NCBI GenBank assembly: GCA_963575745.1
Contig: CAUYUJ010000270.1
Coordinates: 496,001-560,000 of the forward strand
Reading direction: 5' to 3'
DNA from: Prorocentrum cordatum
Taxonomy: Eukaryota
Length of the DNA: 64,000 nt
This document shows, piece by piece, positions 35,501-45,110 of the stretch. The notes beneath the pieces are model-generated. The model was not told the DNA's origin and did no database searches. It saw nothing but the letters and a program-made list of their open reading frames with translations. Each line of letters opens with the position of its first letter. Positions within the stretch are counted from its first letter, which is position 1. The translations under genes and the position numbers were made by a program.

Positions 35501-36802
35501 TCCAGACTCTCTATCGAAGATCAGACCTGTGAACTTCTGGTGATCGCTCGGCAACTCCATCTCCTTGCACTGGAGGCCCGCCGCGTTGAACGCGCCGTGC
35601 ACCGTCTCCAGCTGCGAGACGACCACGTCGTACTTGGAGCCGATCACGGCGACTCCGTCGACGTAGGCGGCGGCGACGGTCTCGCCCTCGAGGTCGGGAA
35701 TTACCTTCCTCTCGTGGACGAGTCTGTGATCGCCGATGCCGACGGTCCTCAGCATACCCTCGACGGCGTGCTGGCAGAAGAACAGGCTCCAGTTCCAGCC
35801 CATGGGCAGCACCTTCAGACAAGGCGAACACCTGCGACCGACGATGCCGTCGAGAGTGCCACTCGGCAGCACATTGGCAAGAGCACCGCGATCGATACTC
35901 GGAAGAATCATCAGCTCGCTCAGACCAGGCGGCGCAAGGAACCGATAGAAGGCTGCCTCGATGTCGCACTGACCGAGGAAGAGGCTGCTGTCGGCCCCGA
36001 GCCGCAGGCTCTGCCAGCTGCCTGCCGTCGGCAGCTCGGCGACGTCGGGGTCATAAAACATACGATTGACACGCCGGGTGTCCAGAACCATCCGCTGCTG
36101 GCCGCCCCCGTCCCGCTTGGCGACGAAGAACGGCGCGAGCGTGTGCTTGCGCTCGCTGGTGAATTCGATCATGCCCGCATTGAACAAGTCGTGCAAAAAG
36201 CTGGCGTAGAGCTTCGGCGAGCTCTTCAACCTGGCGTCGAAGTGAGGTGGTACATTAGCAAGCCACTCCTTACGAGGGCGCAAGAGATGCTTCTCCCAGT
36301 CCTGCCACAAGTCGCGCACGGACTCCGACAACAGGTAGGCGGGCTCGCACTTCCTGGAGTCCGAAGGCACCGCCACGCTCCCTTCGGTGAACAGAACCGC
36401 CTTCGCTGGGGACATGTCGTACCCAGGAGAACAACCACGCAGCTCAGTGTAAGCCGCCGTGGGACTGACATCGGGAGGCCCGAACTCCAGCAGGTGGTCG
36501 TAGAGCGACTCGATGCCAGTGAGCTGCGCCGTCGATAGCTTGTCGAACCCCTCACCGCCCAGGCGCCCGTTGAGAAAATTGAGCGCCGCGACGACCTCGC
36601 AGGTCCACAGCTCGACGGCCAGCTGCTGGCGGCCCCGGCTCCGCCGACTTCGGGAATTTGAAAAACATGCATTGTGGTTGCGCCGCTCGAAGTGCGCAGT
36701 CGCAAGGTCCAGCGGGATCGGAAGGACGTCCCGCTGGACCACCATGATCGTGAAGTTGAAGGGAGCGTCAGCCCCCCTCCCCGCCAGCGGTAGCACCTCC
36801 AC
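32546..36802 (-). CDS. RT/RNase H polyprotein (1418 aa; RT/RH ~34640-36500) with a C-terminal methyltransferase-like relic
   Basis: PFFVAK...QRMVLDTRRVN; CDIEAAFY; VLPMGWNWS; AYVDG; YSTDAS; ENILRLEGRAL; NDNLS...KGRS; RWLPSEWNTSDKGSR; C-terminal FLEVGFGTGEIARA. Confidence 0.9.
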   Translation of the reverse strand: MEVLPLAGRGADAPFNFTIMVVQRDVLPIPLDLATAHFERRNHNACFSNSRSRRSRGRQQLAVELWTCEVVAALNFLNGRLGGEGFDKLSTAQLTGIESLYDHLLEFGPPDVSPTAAYTELRGCSPGYDMSPAKAVLFTEGSVAVPSDSRKCEPAYLLSESVRDLWQDWEKHLLRPRKEWLANVPPHFDARLKSSPKLYASFLHDLFNAGMIEFTSERKHTLAPFFVAKRDGGGQQRMVLDTRRVNRMFYDPDVAELPTAGSWQSLRLGADSSLFLGQCDIEAAFYRFLAPPGLSELMILPSIDRGALANVLPSGTLDGIVGRRCSPCLKVLPMGWNWSLFFCQHAVEGMLRTVGIGDHRLVHERKVIPDLEGETVAAAYVDGVAVIGSKYDVVVSQLETVHGAFNAAGLQCKEMELPSDHQKFTGLIFDRESGRISLGRSRMWKIRQALLCQASQRYATGKELASLVGHFNWAALLRRPLLCIFQSTYRFIKKAGDSRWRIWPEVIRELRVAAALVPFAYYDAKRPVDSTVYSTDASTGDLDPAGSLYGGYGVTKRELSQQLVLETARVRERWRYHVEGALHAREFAFAARDTSGAPSDGMSFATVDSDVVFPMETWRNVTFGRWCREENILRLEGRALALGVRHKMRALRSRGHLRLMLNDNLSLVLGVEKGRSASPLINQTCRELCSYSIIHDMSVAVRWLPSEWNTSDKGSRTVTGQPTPFAADPRNVGTAWASLARAAADEKARRLHYDDPIGLLRRRRHDLCDPEEEAAAATTTEASSRSSEGGEDQDTPSEREAWSSASSSVEGGGSRRVGTPEGQSGEAQSREVRRSQLRPSAWADLLAEAQGAGGHHPQLRQPRDQLPGLGRRAVAGRHHGGPPGRPPGGLLGQAVLGRGAGGDGLAAAGVRAIQAAARAAAEARRPSAGAGRALWLSCALEEHSDDARREADRVGDDRDRRARGGLRVGGGGRARVGRDDPPPERPRRHDGRRAGGPRPRRGAPLGAVAVPDRGTGLQQVARAGRGRAAAERGLAWRRRELPEAAPRGAARWVAPVVVQRSDLRRRVPTSAVAGPGCARHDPVPAAALRGVARHGGGGHASSRAASASTPHERAEHGSVLAARALPRGAREGRRRGLGVGPGGRGQHRPDPRPAAATAAPSLPQGGGAGVGQALQDLARACRAAAGQTFLEVGFGTGEIARADDARISGCSAWINGSLLATAIVYRRLVGWISSRRVRGVVLIWPRFGETEASNILARLLHKCLTVKCPCVAIFPSASASAHSVLFRQLLTICDGRRARISPCTFGCQRANHDNMWALGFSCGFPDEVGGPCVHAHATPPTPIAFYSLVSSVRVLGVLLDLLWSLEAFRRFLQQTLFRHEAARCQVGHSRVVVKRSESRSVFRSSSLHTTESIRTASL
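33160..34611 (-). CDS. Tyrosine recombinase
   Basis: MIRLPSD (R), SK, YQLRHSAASH, ARLRH...STARY (Y); first ATG at 34611; lies wholly within the RT ORF in another frame. Confidence 0.9.
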   Translation of the reverse strand: MLARPGLASLGRPLTRRLGASTTTIRSACSAVGDTTYVTPRRRPPPPPRPKRARAPLKAGKTKTPPPSAKPGALPPARSKAAGRVELARQKANRAKLRAAKFGGANCDPRHGLTFLQRHKVREATIRSFDNHVTSFLAWAAVPSLDDITADRLDALLAAYLDKLFWDGELAETGSRLLASVQYRLPRVPRPKHGGLPLARAALSGFRVHSRSTPMTPVGKPIVWAMIGIAALEGDFEWAGAVALAWDAMIRLPSDLVGMTVDALVGPGRGAEPRWALLLYPIEGPACSKSLAQDEGVLLRSAAWRGGGGSSLKLLRAARPAGSPLWSFSAATFGAEFRRRLSLVPGAPDMIPYQLRHSAASHATAVEGMPLAELQARLRHTSAQSTARYSRHVRYLAELEKVDVEVSEWAQEVEDSIGQILGQQRRPQRPRFLKAEALASGKPCKTSPARAALPLARPSSKSASGRARSRGPTTPASRAAARG

Positions 36803-38213
36803 GGCCCTTTCCCTTGGGGTCCGCCCTGGGTGCAGCCGCCAGCTGCTTCTTCAACTTCTCGATCTCCGACTTCTGGCGATCAACGGTGCTCTGCATCCCT
36901 GAGAGGCGCGCCTTGCCGTCACCACCGCCACCGCCGCCGTGTCCGTCATCACCCCGCGAGGCCATCCGCTCCTCCTTCAGCTTCCGCCGCTCCTTGAGAA
37001 CGAGGCTCTCCTTGTGGAGCTCATCCGTCACGAACGTGAGCAGCTTCGGCGAGATGCAGACCAACCCGCGGGTCTCGCCCGTCCCGAGGTACAAGTGTGA
37101 GTCCTCGAGCAGCTCGTCACCTCGAGAGGTCGTGAGAACCCTCTCGCGATGGCGGTACTCGGCCATCTGGAGTCGACGACACACCAGTTCTGCACACGAC
37201 AGCTCGCTGGCATTGAGCTGGTCGTAGGTCAGCAGCAGATGCATGATGCGGCAGCAGAGCTCGTGGACGGAGACGTCCTGGTCCGACGACGACAGCCCCG
37301 TCTCGGCTTTGAACTTGGCGCGCCGAGACCTGAAGGTCACGTCATTCTCGCGCACGAACTCGCACACCCACTTCACGGTGCGGGGCCCGTTGATCGGGAA
37401 GAACTCCCACTGCGTCTCGGTGAGCTCCCCCGCGGCCTCACGCATCCCGAGGAAGCGCTCCGTGGCGTTGGCCCGCAGCGCGAGGACGCGCGCGTCGAGC
37501 TCGTCCCCACCGTCGGGGGGAAGAGCCCGCACCAGCATCGTGCGGCCCCCCTTCATCGCCATGCCGAACCCCGACGCGATCACGAAGGCGTCCAGGTCCT
37601 CGTCGGGCAGCAAGCCCTTCCCCCCGCCGTCGCTCGAAGCGATGCATCGCCAACGCGACGGCGAGGGGTCTGGGAGGCGCCCGCGGCCAGAGCCCCACTC
37701 AGTCGGAATCTCCGCCGAGGCCAAGGCCGATCCTGAAGGCGCTCTCGCCGCCGCTGGCCTCGCCTCCGCCTCGGGCTCCTCGGGGGCCCCATCCGCCGAC
37801 GCCGCCGTCTCCAGCACCTCGTCGAGCGACTGCCCCAACACGAAGCGCAACTGCAGCGCGAAGGCCGCGGGGCTCATCACCCAGTCCCTGCCGTACGTGC
37901 CGACGCCCACGGGGTTGGCCCCCTCTCGGTTGACCAGCTGCCTCCGATCCCTCATATCGTACGGCACGATGATACGCAATGCCTGGGCCGTCAGCTCGTG
38001 CGGGTAGGCGTCTCCGTCGGGCGTCGCCATATACCACAACCTCCCGTCCTCCTCGGCCTTCTCGCTCGGATCCAGACTCGTCACTTCCCGATAGTCGGTC
38101 GGAGTGCACGGCGCGATCGCGATGCGGGCCTGCATGCTCTCGCCGCCGCGCCACTGGATATCGAACCGCTGCCCTGCTCTGACTTGGAACGGCATAGCGT
38201 CCGACGAAGACAC
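36768..38213 (-). CDS. Gag-like ORF of the YR retrotransposon (481 aa)
   Basis: Long ORF upstream of and overlapping RT; motifs ATPDGDAY, PINGPRTVKWV, YDQLNASELSCAELVCRRLQ and LKERRK have counterparts in the second element (45290-45830, 51250-51393). Confidence 0.8.
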   Translation of the reverse strand: MSSSDAMPFQVRAGQRFDIQWRGGESMQARIAIAPCTPTDYREVTSLDPSEKAEEDGRLWYMATPDGDAYPHELTAQALRIIVPYDMRDRRQLVNREGANPVGVGTYGRDWVMSPAAFALQLRFVLGQSLDEVLETAASADGAPEEPEAEARPAAARAPSGSALASAEIPTEWGSGRGRLPDPSPSRWRCIASSDGGGKGLLPDEDLDAFVIASGFGMAMKGGRTMLVRALPPDGGDELDARVLALRANATERFLGMREAAGELTETQWEFFPINGPRTVKWVCEFVRENDVTFRSRRAKFKAETGLSSSDQDVSVHELCCRIMHLLLTYDQLNASELSCAELVCRRLQMAEYRHRERVLTTSRGDELLEDSHLYLGTGETRGLVCISPKLLTFVTDELHKESLVLKERRKLKEERMASRGDDGHGGGGGGDGKARLSGMQSTVDRQKSEIEKLKKQLAAAPRADPKGKGRGGATAGGEGG

Positions 38214-38396
38214 CGAGGAAGAAGGGCGCGATGGAGAGCAGGGCGGCTCCCCACTTCAGCGAGCCGACAAGCCCGTACGCGACCGCGCACTCGGTCGCGT
38301 TGCCGAGGGTGCTCTCCGCAAGGCCCCACGCCTTGTCCGAGACAATCCAGGCGCCGACGCGGGCGAGGCCACCAGCCACGGAGGACAGAGGCATGA
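37699..38396 (-). CDS. Upstream ORF0 with a hydrophobic segment, overlapping gag
   Basis: First ATG after repeat A1: MPLSSVAGGLARVGAWIV...WGAALLSIAPFFLGVFVGRY. Confidence 0.4.
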
Positions 38397-38514
38397 AGCG
38401 GCCGCTTTCTCTGTTTGTGCTTGAATTGTTGCGGAGCAAGAACGGCCATGGAACGGATCAGCAACAGACCAGGACGATACAAACATCTGACTATGGTGGT
38501 GATGATGGTGAGTT

Positions 38515-39102
38515 CGGTAGTGAGATCGATAGTGAGACCGAATGTGAGATCGATTGTGAGATCGATTGTGATATCGATAGTGAGGTCAATAGTGAGACCC
38601 AATGTGAGATCGATAGTGAGATCGATAGTGAGATCGATAGTGAGACCGAATGTGAGATCGATTGTGATATTGATTGTGATATCGATAGTGAGATCGATAG
38701 TGAGATCGAACGAGAGGTCGATCATGACTTCGATAGTGAGTTCGATAGTGAGATCGATAGTCAGATCGATTGTGAGATCGATTGTGAGATCGATTGGGAT
38801 ATCGATAGTGAGATCGATAGTGAGACCGAATGTGAGATCGATTGTGATATCGATTGTGACATCGATCGAATGAGATCGATAGTGGTATCGGTAGTGAGAT
38901 CGATCGTGAGACCGAATGTGAGATCGATCGTGAGATCGATAGCCAGATCGATTGTGAGATCTATTGTGAGATCGATTGTGAAATCGATAGTGAGATCGTT
39001 AGTGAGATCGAGTGTGAGATCGATAGCCAGATCGATTGTGAGATTGATCGAATGAGATCGATAATGAGATCGATAGCGAGATCGATAGTGAGATCGATCG
39101 AG
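38515..39102. repeat. 12-bp minisatellite (GAGATCGATWGT)n
   Basis: Directly visible tandem gagatcgatagt/gagatcgattgt. Confidence 0.95.
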
Positions 39103-40033
39103 TGCGACGGTGGTCCCCCCCCCCCCCTCGCCTCCTTATCACCCGAAGGGTGGTCTATGCGGTATATATGTGTATATATAAATATTTCCAGCAGCAGCGA
39201 CAGCACCATCATCATCAGCATCACAAACATCAACATCATCATCACCATCACCATCATCTCCCGCTACACCCCAGGCCACCCCAACATTTCTGCGTGGCGA
39301 GCCTCCCGGGCGATTCCACCGAAGGGCACAGCGGCGAGCGAACGAGACGCCCAGGAGGAGGAAAGGAGGCAAACCAAATACCAACACACTAACACACCAC
39401 CGAGGAGGAGAAAGAAGAGGGAGAGGAGGGCGGGCAAGAAAAGACTTGAGCAGGCGCGTTTGCGGCGCATCGGCGCGACCGCGACGGCCCTCAATTCCAA
39501 AGGATATTAAATGTGCAAGACACTGCCATCTCCCGCTACACCCCAGGCCACCCCAACATTTTTGCGTGGCGGGCGTCCTGGGCGACTCCACCGAAGGTCG
39601 CAGCGGCGAGCGAACGAGGCGCACAGGAGGAGGAAAGGAAGGAGACCAAGGACCAAAACACCAACACACCGCAGAGGAGGAGACCTGAGCCCGAGAGGAG
39701 AAATGGCGACGCGAAGCGGCGTCAATAGAACATAAACAGAAAGACGAAAACCGTCAGGCGGCGTTGGACTGTATACTTGGGTAGGGATCTGCGAGCCAAA
39801 ATTAGCAGGAGCTTCGACTGGAAATGGGACAGGCAAGGGTCACTATGCGTTTGAAACCCTGAAATCCAGTTCGCATCGAAACTAAATCAGAACAGTAATT
39901 TCAAAAACACACAGGACAAGGCTCGGCGAGGCAGGCCCAGAGGATCCCTGGAACGGGGTCGAGGCCAGAGAGGACGATGCGGGGCTTCCCTGGGAAAATC
40001 AACAGAGACCCTTCCTACAACTACAATGGGGCT

Positions 40034-40600
40034 TCACGGAGGCCTCCAGGTGATGAAGGCCCAACGGGCCACGCGGGTGAATTTCCTCCAGCGGGTCCCG
40101 AACGCGCACACGTCGAGGTTGAAGACGGAAGCGCACTGGGCCCCCAGCAGGGCCTGCAGCGCCGGTGTCGCCCAGGCCCACGAGGGCCCCAGGTTCTCGA
40201 AATAGATCGGGGTCCCGAGCGATCGGCAGAGCGCAATGAGGCCGAGGGCAAAACGGAGCTGTTGTTTCCCGAGGTCGACGGACGGCTGAGGCCTGGCCCT
40301 CGAACTAAGGAGCCCCCACACGTGGTGCTGGGAGCGGATGGTGCACCAAGAGGACCCTGGCGGCCCATGGCGGGCCTGGCTCCAGGAAGTACATGGCAGG
40401 GCCACCAAGAGTGCAGCACGCATGCACACGTACGCACACACACATACACACACACGCAGCCATCCTCGGATAGTGCGACGGACGACCTGCAGGTCGATGT
40501 TGAACCATGGTTTTGAAGCGAAATCCATCGGCAGCGCGGCGATGCCCTTGCGCCGCAGCGCCGCCGACAGGCGGCCCGTCCCGGCGAACGCAACTCTACG
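40034..40600 (-). pseudogene. C5 cytosine methyltransferase-like domain downstream of YR
   Basis: FAGTGRLS (motif I), VALPCTSWS (IV, catalytic PC), YFENLGPSWAW (VI), LDVCAFGTRWRKFT (VIII); interrupted by a short (AC)n. Confidence 0.8.
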
Positions 40601-40714
40601 ACGGCGGTCCGAGGGGGGGGCCCATCTGACGCTTGAAGCAGTCATGAAGCTCCCTGAGGAGGTGGCGACGAATGGCTTTGGTCGACGGACCCCCCTCGTC
40701 TTTGCCCGCCAGCT

Positions 40715-41720
40715 CTAGCGCCCGCTCGAAGTCAGGCACAGCGCGGGCAGGCCCGCGCCGCTCAGGAAGATGCGAGGCAGGGCGGCGCCCACGGCCTGGC
40801 CGAGCGAGATTGCCTGCTGGCCGACGCGCTGCAGCTCGGAGATGATTCGCGCCTGCTTGGCGCAGCGTCTGAAGTTCTCGTCGGGGGCCCAGCCGCCGCG
40901 CTGCTGGACGTCGAGGGCCGCCCGTCTCTTCGCCAGGAGGTCGTCCGATGCTCCCTCGCGGCGCAGCCCGCGCGCTGGGACTGGGAAGTCCGTCGCGCCC
41001 AGGGCACAGGCCGCCCCCATTCACGCCCAGGCCGAGCCAGGCGGGGGGAGGGCCGCAGGCGCGATCTCCCGGAGGGCGCCCGCCGCTTCAGCCCCAGGGG
41101 CGCCGGCACCAGGAAGACGAAGGTGTCGATCGCCAGGGTGAAGTCCCAGAGCCCCGTCTCCCCGGGGCGCCCGAGCTCTTTTGGATAGACCAGCAGCGCG
41201 GCGAGCCCCGAGCCCTCGGCGCCCGCCGCGACCGGGGGGGCCACCTGCATGGCCGAGTCAAGAGGTCGCACTCGGACGGGCGGAGGTAGCGCGCGAAACT
41301 CTGGATCATCGCCATCGCCTGCTCGTTCCGGCCGCGCCGGAGCATCGCGCTCGCCAGCGCTGCCACCAACGACCAAGGGGGCGGCACGCGCACCCTCCGG
41401 GGCGCGCAATATTTCCCCGACCCACCAGGCTGCGGGAGGCTCGGCACAGCGCCTGGTCGGCCCAGCGCCCGATGGGCGGGGGGGAAGTTCAGCGCGGCTA
41501 GGAAGCGAGAGGCATCGCCCCCGCTGTGGCCGTGGAAGTACAGGTAGTCGAAATAAGTCACCACCATCGTGCCAAGCTGCCCCCAGCTCCTCCAGTCCAG
41601 GTGGAGCTGCGAGCGCCGCCCGATGAAGCGTAGCCGCGCTGACGGGCCGCTGCTCGAGGTAGGTGAGGCCCGCCAGGGGGCTGCCTCGCAGCGCCCCCCG
41701 TCGGCGCGCCGCGGCCGCTT
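40715..41720 (-). pseudogene. Tyrosine recombinase remnant
   Basis: GLTYLEQ, YFDYLYFHG, YLRPSEC, LR[R]EGASDD, VQQRGGW...FRR[C]AK; frameshifted. Confidence 0.8.
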
Positions 41721-43049
41721 GCGGGACGTGGGAGAAGCCGACGTCAACGCCGAGAAAATATCTGCTCCGCGAAATTGGAATTGCGTTTTGAGCCAGCGCG
41801 ACCCCGCCCAGGCCTGGGGAAACGCAAAGCGGCCGGGGAGGGCAGGGGAAGGGAGACGTCGCGCAGCAGGTAGGAGGGAGAGCAGGAAACAAAAAGTGCA
41901 AGCAAGAAGCGGACCTGGCGGGCGCTCTCGGGAGAGGAGGGAGAACATAAAAAGATAATGCGGCATCCTCCATGACCGAAGCCTCGCCCCCCCACCGCCG
42001 CCCCCCCCCCCCGCGCTTCCACCCCCGCCGCGCCCGCCCTCTGTCCGCCCGCGTCGCGCCCCTGACCCTCGATTCGCCCGAAGCCAGCACCCGGCGATTC
42101 CAAACCGCCTACTTCCCGCGAAAGGGGGCGGCGGGCGCCCTGCGCGTTTGGGGCCAAAGACCGCGGTTCCCTCTTGCCCCGGCCCGCAGCCCCTGGCAAA
42201 CCTCCGTAATCGTCGAGGGGTTCAGCTCGCCCATGGGGCCGCCGTTCGGGGGCCTCGGTGCTGGCGTCTGCTGTTTGATGTTGCAAGGAACGAAATGCCG
42301 GCATCCACACCAAGACGCCACCGGAAAAGTTGGGCGCGCTTCCCCTGCGGGGGCTGAGCGACCCAAAGGAGCCTGGAAAGCTTCAGATGGCTCGCATTAC
42401 TATCAGGACTTGCAGGCCAGGGGGCTTGCATGATAGAAAAAGCGCCCCATGGGGCCCATGGCGCCCCCTGGGCCCATGGGGCCCCCATGGCCCGCGGGAT
42501 GCGCAAGCGCCAGAAACCCGATGTGGCCCTGGCGAGTCAGGGGGCCCATGGGGCCCGCGCGGCTCGCTAGGCTGGCGCGGCGCATTCTTCCCACGCGCGC
42601 TGTGGCGCACGTGAGGCCCAAGGAACCTTCTGCGGGACTTGCGGGGTTCATCGGGCAGGCCGGGTTCGCGCGGCCCGCGGGCCTCGCGCGACTAACGCCC
42701 ACCTGGGGGATGAGAACAGCCCGCCTTGTTCCCGCGCGCCCAGGGCTGGCGTTCATCAGCGCGGGGCGCGCGAGCCCGAAGACACGGGCGACGGCAGTCA
42801 ACGGAGGCTAAGAATTTTCTTTTTTGCCAATGGGATCTTGGCGCTGGTGTCGGGCCCGGCGCGCCGAAGACAGGCGCCGCCAGGATGCCCGCGCCGGCGG
42901 CCAGGGGGGCGGGCCGGGGCAGCGCTGGGCGCCCCGTCGGCAACGGGGGCTTGCTGGAGCGGGCCCGCTTCCCCCCCGCCGCCTCCCTGACCGTGGGGGC
43001 GATCGCCCAGAACAGCAGACGCCTCGGACTCGACCGCCTTAATGCATGG

Positions 43050-45110
43050 GGGGCCACTCGAGGGGGGCTTCGCGGGGTCGGGCTCGCCGGGGGCCCACGC
43101 GGCGACGACGTGCAAGCGACGGGCGAGGGCGCGGGCGCAGATCTCCCGCAAGACGCCGCGCTGCTGCGGCGACGAACCGCGGCCCTGGCCGATCGCGAGG
43201 GCGAGCGACACGTTGTCATCTAGGCGCGCGATCCGCGACCCCCCCCCCCCGAAGGCATCGGCGGACCTGAGCCGGCGGCGGAGAGCAGAGGCCGCAGCCA
43301 GCCCCTCGGCGCGGCAGATGTCGAAGGAGCCCCTCCACGGAAAGGAGTGCGTAATAGCCCGCCGTCGCCGACGACAAGGTCAGGATCGACTTCGCCAAAA
43401 GACGCGCCCCAGTCCCTGGCCTCCTCGGGCGGCAGCCTGCCAAGGTCGCACAGCACAGCGGCAGCCTCTGCCGTCCCCAGGGCGCGCTCTCGCGCTCGGG
43501 CGGGCCCCTCAAAGAGGCGTCGCCACCTCTCCGCGGCGCGCCCAATATGCGCGGCCACCTCTGGGTCGCATCGGCGGCGGCGCGCCCCGCAGTCCGCGCC
43601 CGTAGCGCCCTCGGCGGGAATCTCGTCGCGCCAGTCCGCGTCGGCGAAGACGACGAAGAGGGGCAGCAGCGAGCGCGCGTGCCAGAACTCGCGGCGCACG
43701 GCGGGCCCGAGGGGCAGGGCCCGCCCCTGGCGGCCTGGGCAAAGGCGTAGACGGAGTCCAAGATGGCCAGCGAGCACCGCTTGAGTAGCATAGCCCACGC
43801 GCAGCGCCCAGCGACGATCTCAAGGATGGGGCCCCGAACCTTTGGGCGGAGGAGGAGCCCCTCGATGGCGCAGCGCAGGCGCCAGGCGCGGCGGGCGGAG
43901 ACCCGCGCAGAGTGGTGGCGCCCGCCGAGGTCCTGGCCGACGAAGCTGGTGCCCCGCGCGGCGTCGACCTGCCCGTGGACGACGAAGCCGAGGGTGGAGA
44001 GCTCGCGCTCGCCCTTGCTAGCCACCGCCTGCACTTTGGCGCGCTGCGAGACAGCCGCGAGGTAGACGTGGACATAGGCATCGCTGGCAGCGGGGAGCTT
44101 GGGCCCCAGCCCGACGCCCGAGCTGCGGCCCCGCGCCTGCTGGACGGGGGCGACGCGCGCTCGGGCGAGCGCCGCCTCGGAGACGGACCGGCGCAGATGC
44201 GGCACCCGAGACCAGCTCGCGGGGAAGATGGCAAGCTCGGGGAGCAGCCAGTCGGACTCGTGAACCGCGACGCCATCCACATGAGACACACCAGCAAGGC
44301 CCGTTCGCAAGGGAGGGAAGCAGAAATACTCGCAGAGGCCCACGGGGACCTGTATGGCGTAGAAGGCGTCCGAGATGTCACCGCTGCTGAACCGCGCGAC
44401 TCCGCTGATCTGCGTCTCCGCGCGGGCGACCGCGCCGCCGCCAGGCAGCTCGGTGCAGGGCGGCGGCTTGAAGCTAATGGGCGCTGCTAACGCGGGCATC
44501 GAAGACGAGGCGTTGCCGCCCCGACTTCCAAACTGCGACGAAGACCCCGGGAGCCCGCGGCGGTCGCGAGCAAAAGAGTCGCGCAGCACGCCGCGCCCCA
44601 GCAGCTCGGCGATGAACCCGCCGTAGGTGGCAGGATGTCGTAGTTTAGGATCGATGCAGGGCTGAGCAAGTCCGAGGTCTCGACGAGGGGCCGCAGCCTC
44701 CGCAGGTGGGCGAAGCACGCGGGCCTTCCAGCCCTGCAGCCATGAACGTCGAGCTCCAGAAGGGCGCTCTCCGACGCGATGGGCGCCGAGCCGCCTGAAG
44801 GCCAGGGCACGAGGCCCTTGCCGTTGCAAGCCATGCCACTCCGCCACGCAGAATAGAGCGGGCAACTGGAGCAAATGTCGGAGAGGGCACGCTTGCGAGA
44901 GATGTCAGAGGGCGGTCCGCCGAACTTGACATACTGATCAGTGATGTAGTCCAGGGGCTGACGCTGCAAAACCGCAGGTCGCTTCCGCAGCGGAGGCGAC
45001 CCGCCCCCAGCCTGCCAGTTGAGCGCCTCGACGCCGTCGCCGGCTCAGTTGACGCGAGCCCGCGCGGCAGCACCTGCACCAGCGAGGTGGGGATCGCCAT
45101 CAGGAAGAAG
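43050..45110 (-). pseudogene. RT/RNase H remnant
   Basis: PCIDPKL, TELPGGGA, GDISDAFYAIQVP, DAYVH, LAILDSVYAF, WAPGEPDPA; collinear with the intact element at 34640-36500. Confidence 0.8.

Larger units (their letters stand above)
32274..38493 (-). mobile_element. Tyrosine-recombinase retrotransposon (DIRS order; split direct repeats as in PAT/Ngaro), apparently intact
   Basis: A1 38416-38493 = A2 32436-32513 (78 bp identical); B1 32513-32634 = B2 32274-32395 (identical); order A1-ORFs-B1-A2-B2 on the minus strand; no TSD; open gag, RT/RH and YR ORFs. Confidence 0.95.

Noticed and set aside
34718..36538. 606-aa plus-strand ORF
   Set aside because: Antisense shadow of the GC-rich RT ORF, with no recognisable motifs.
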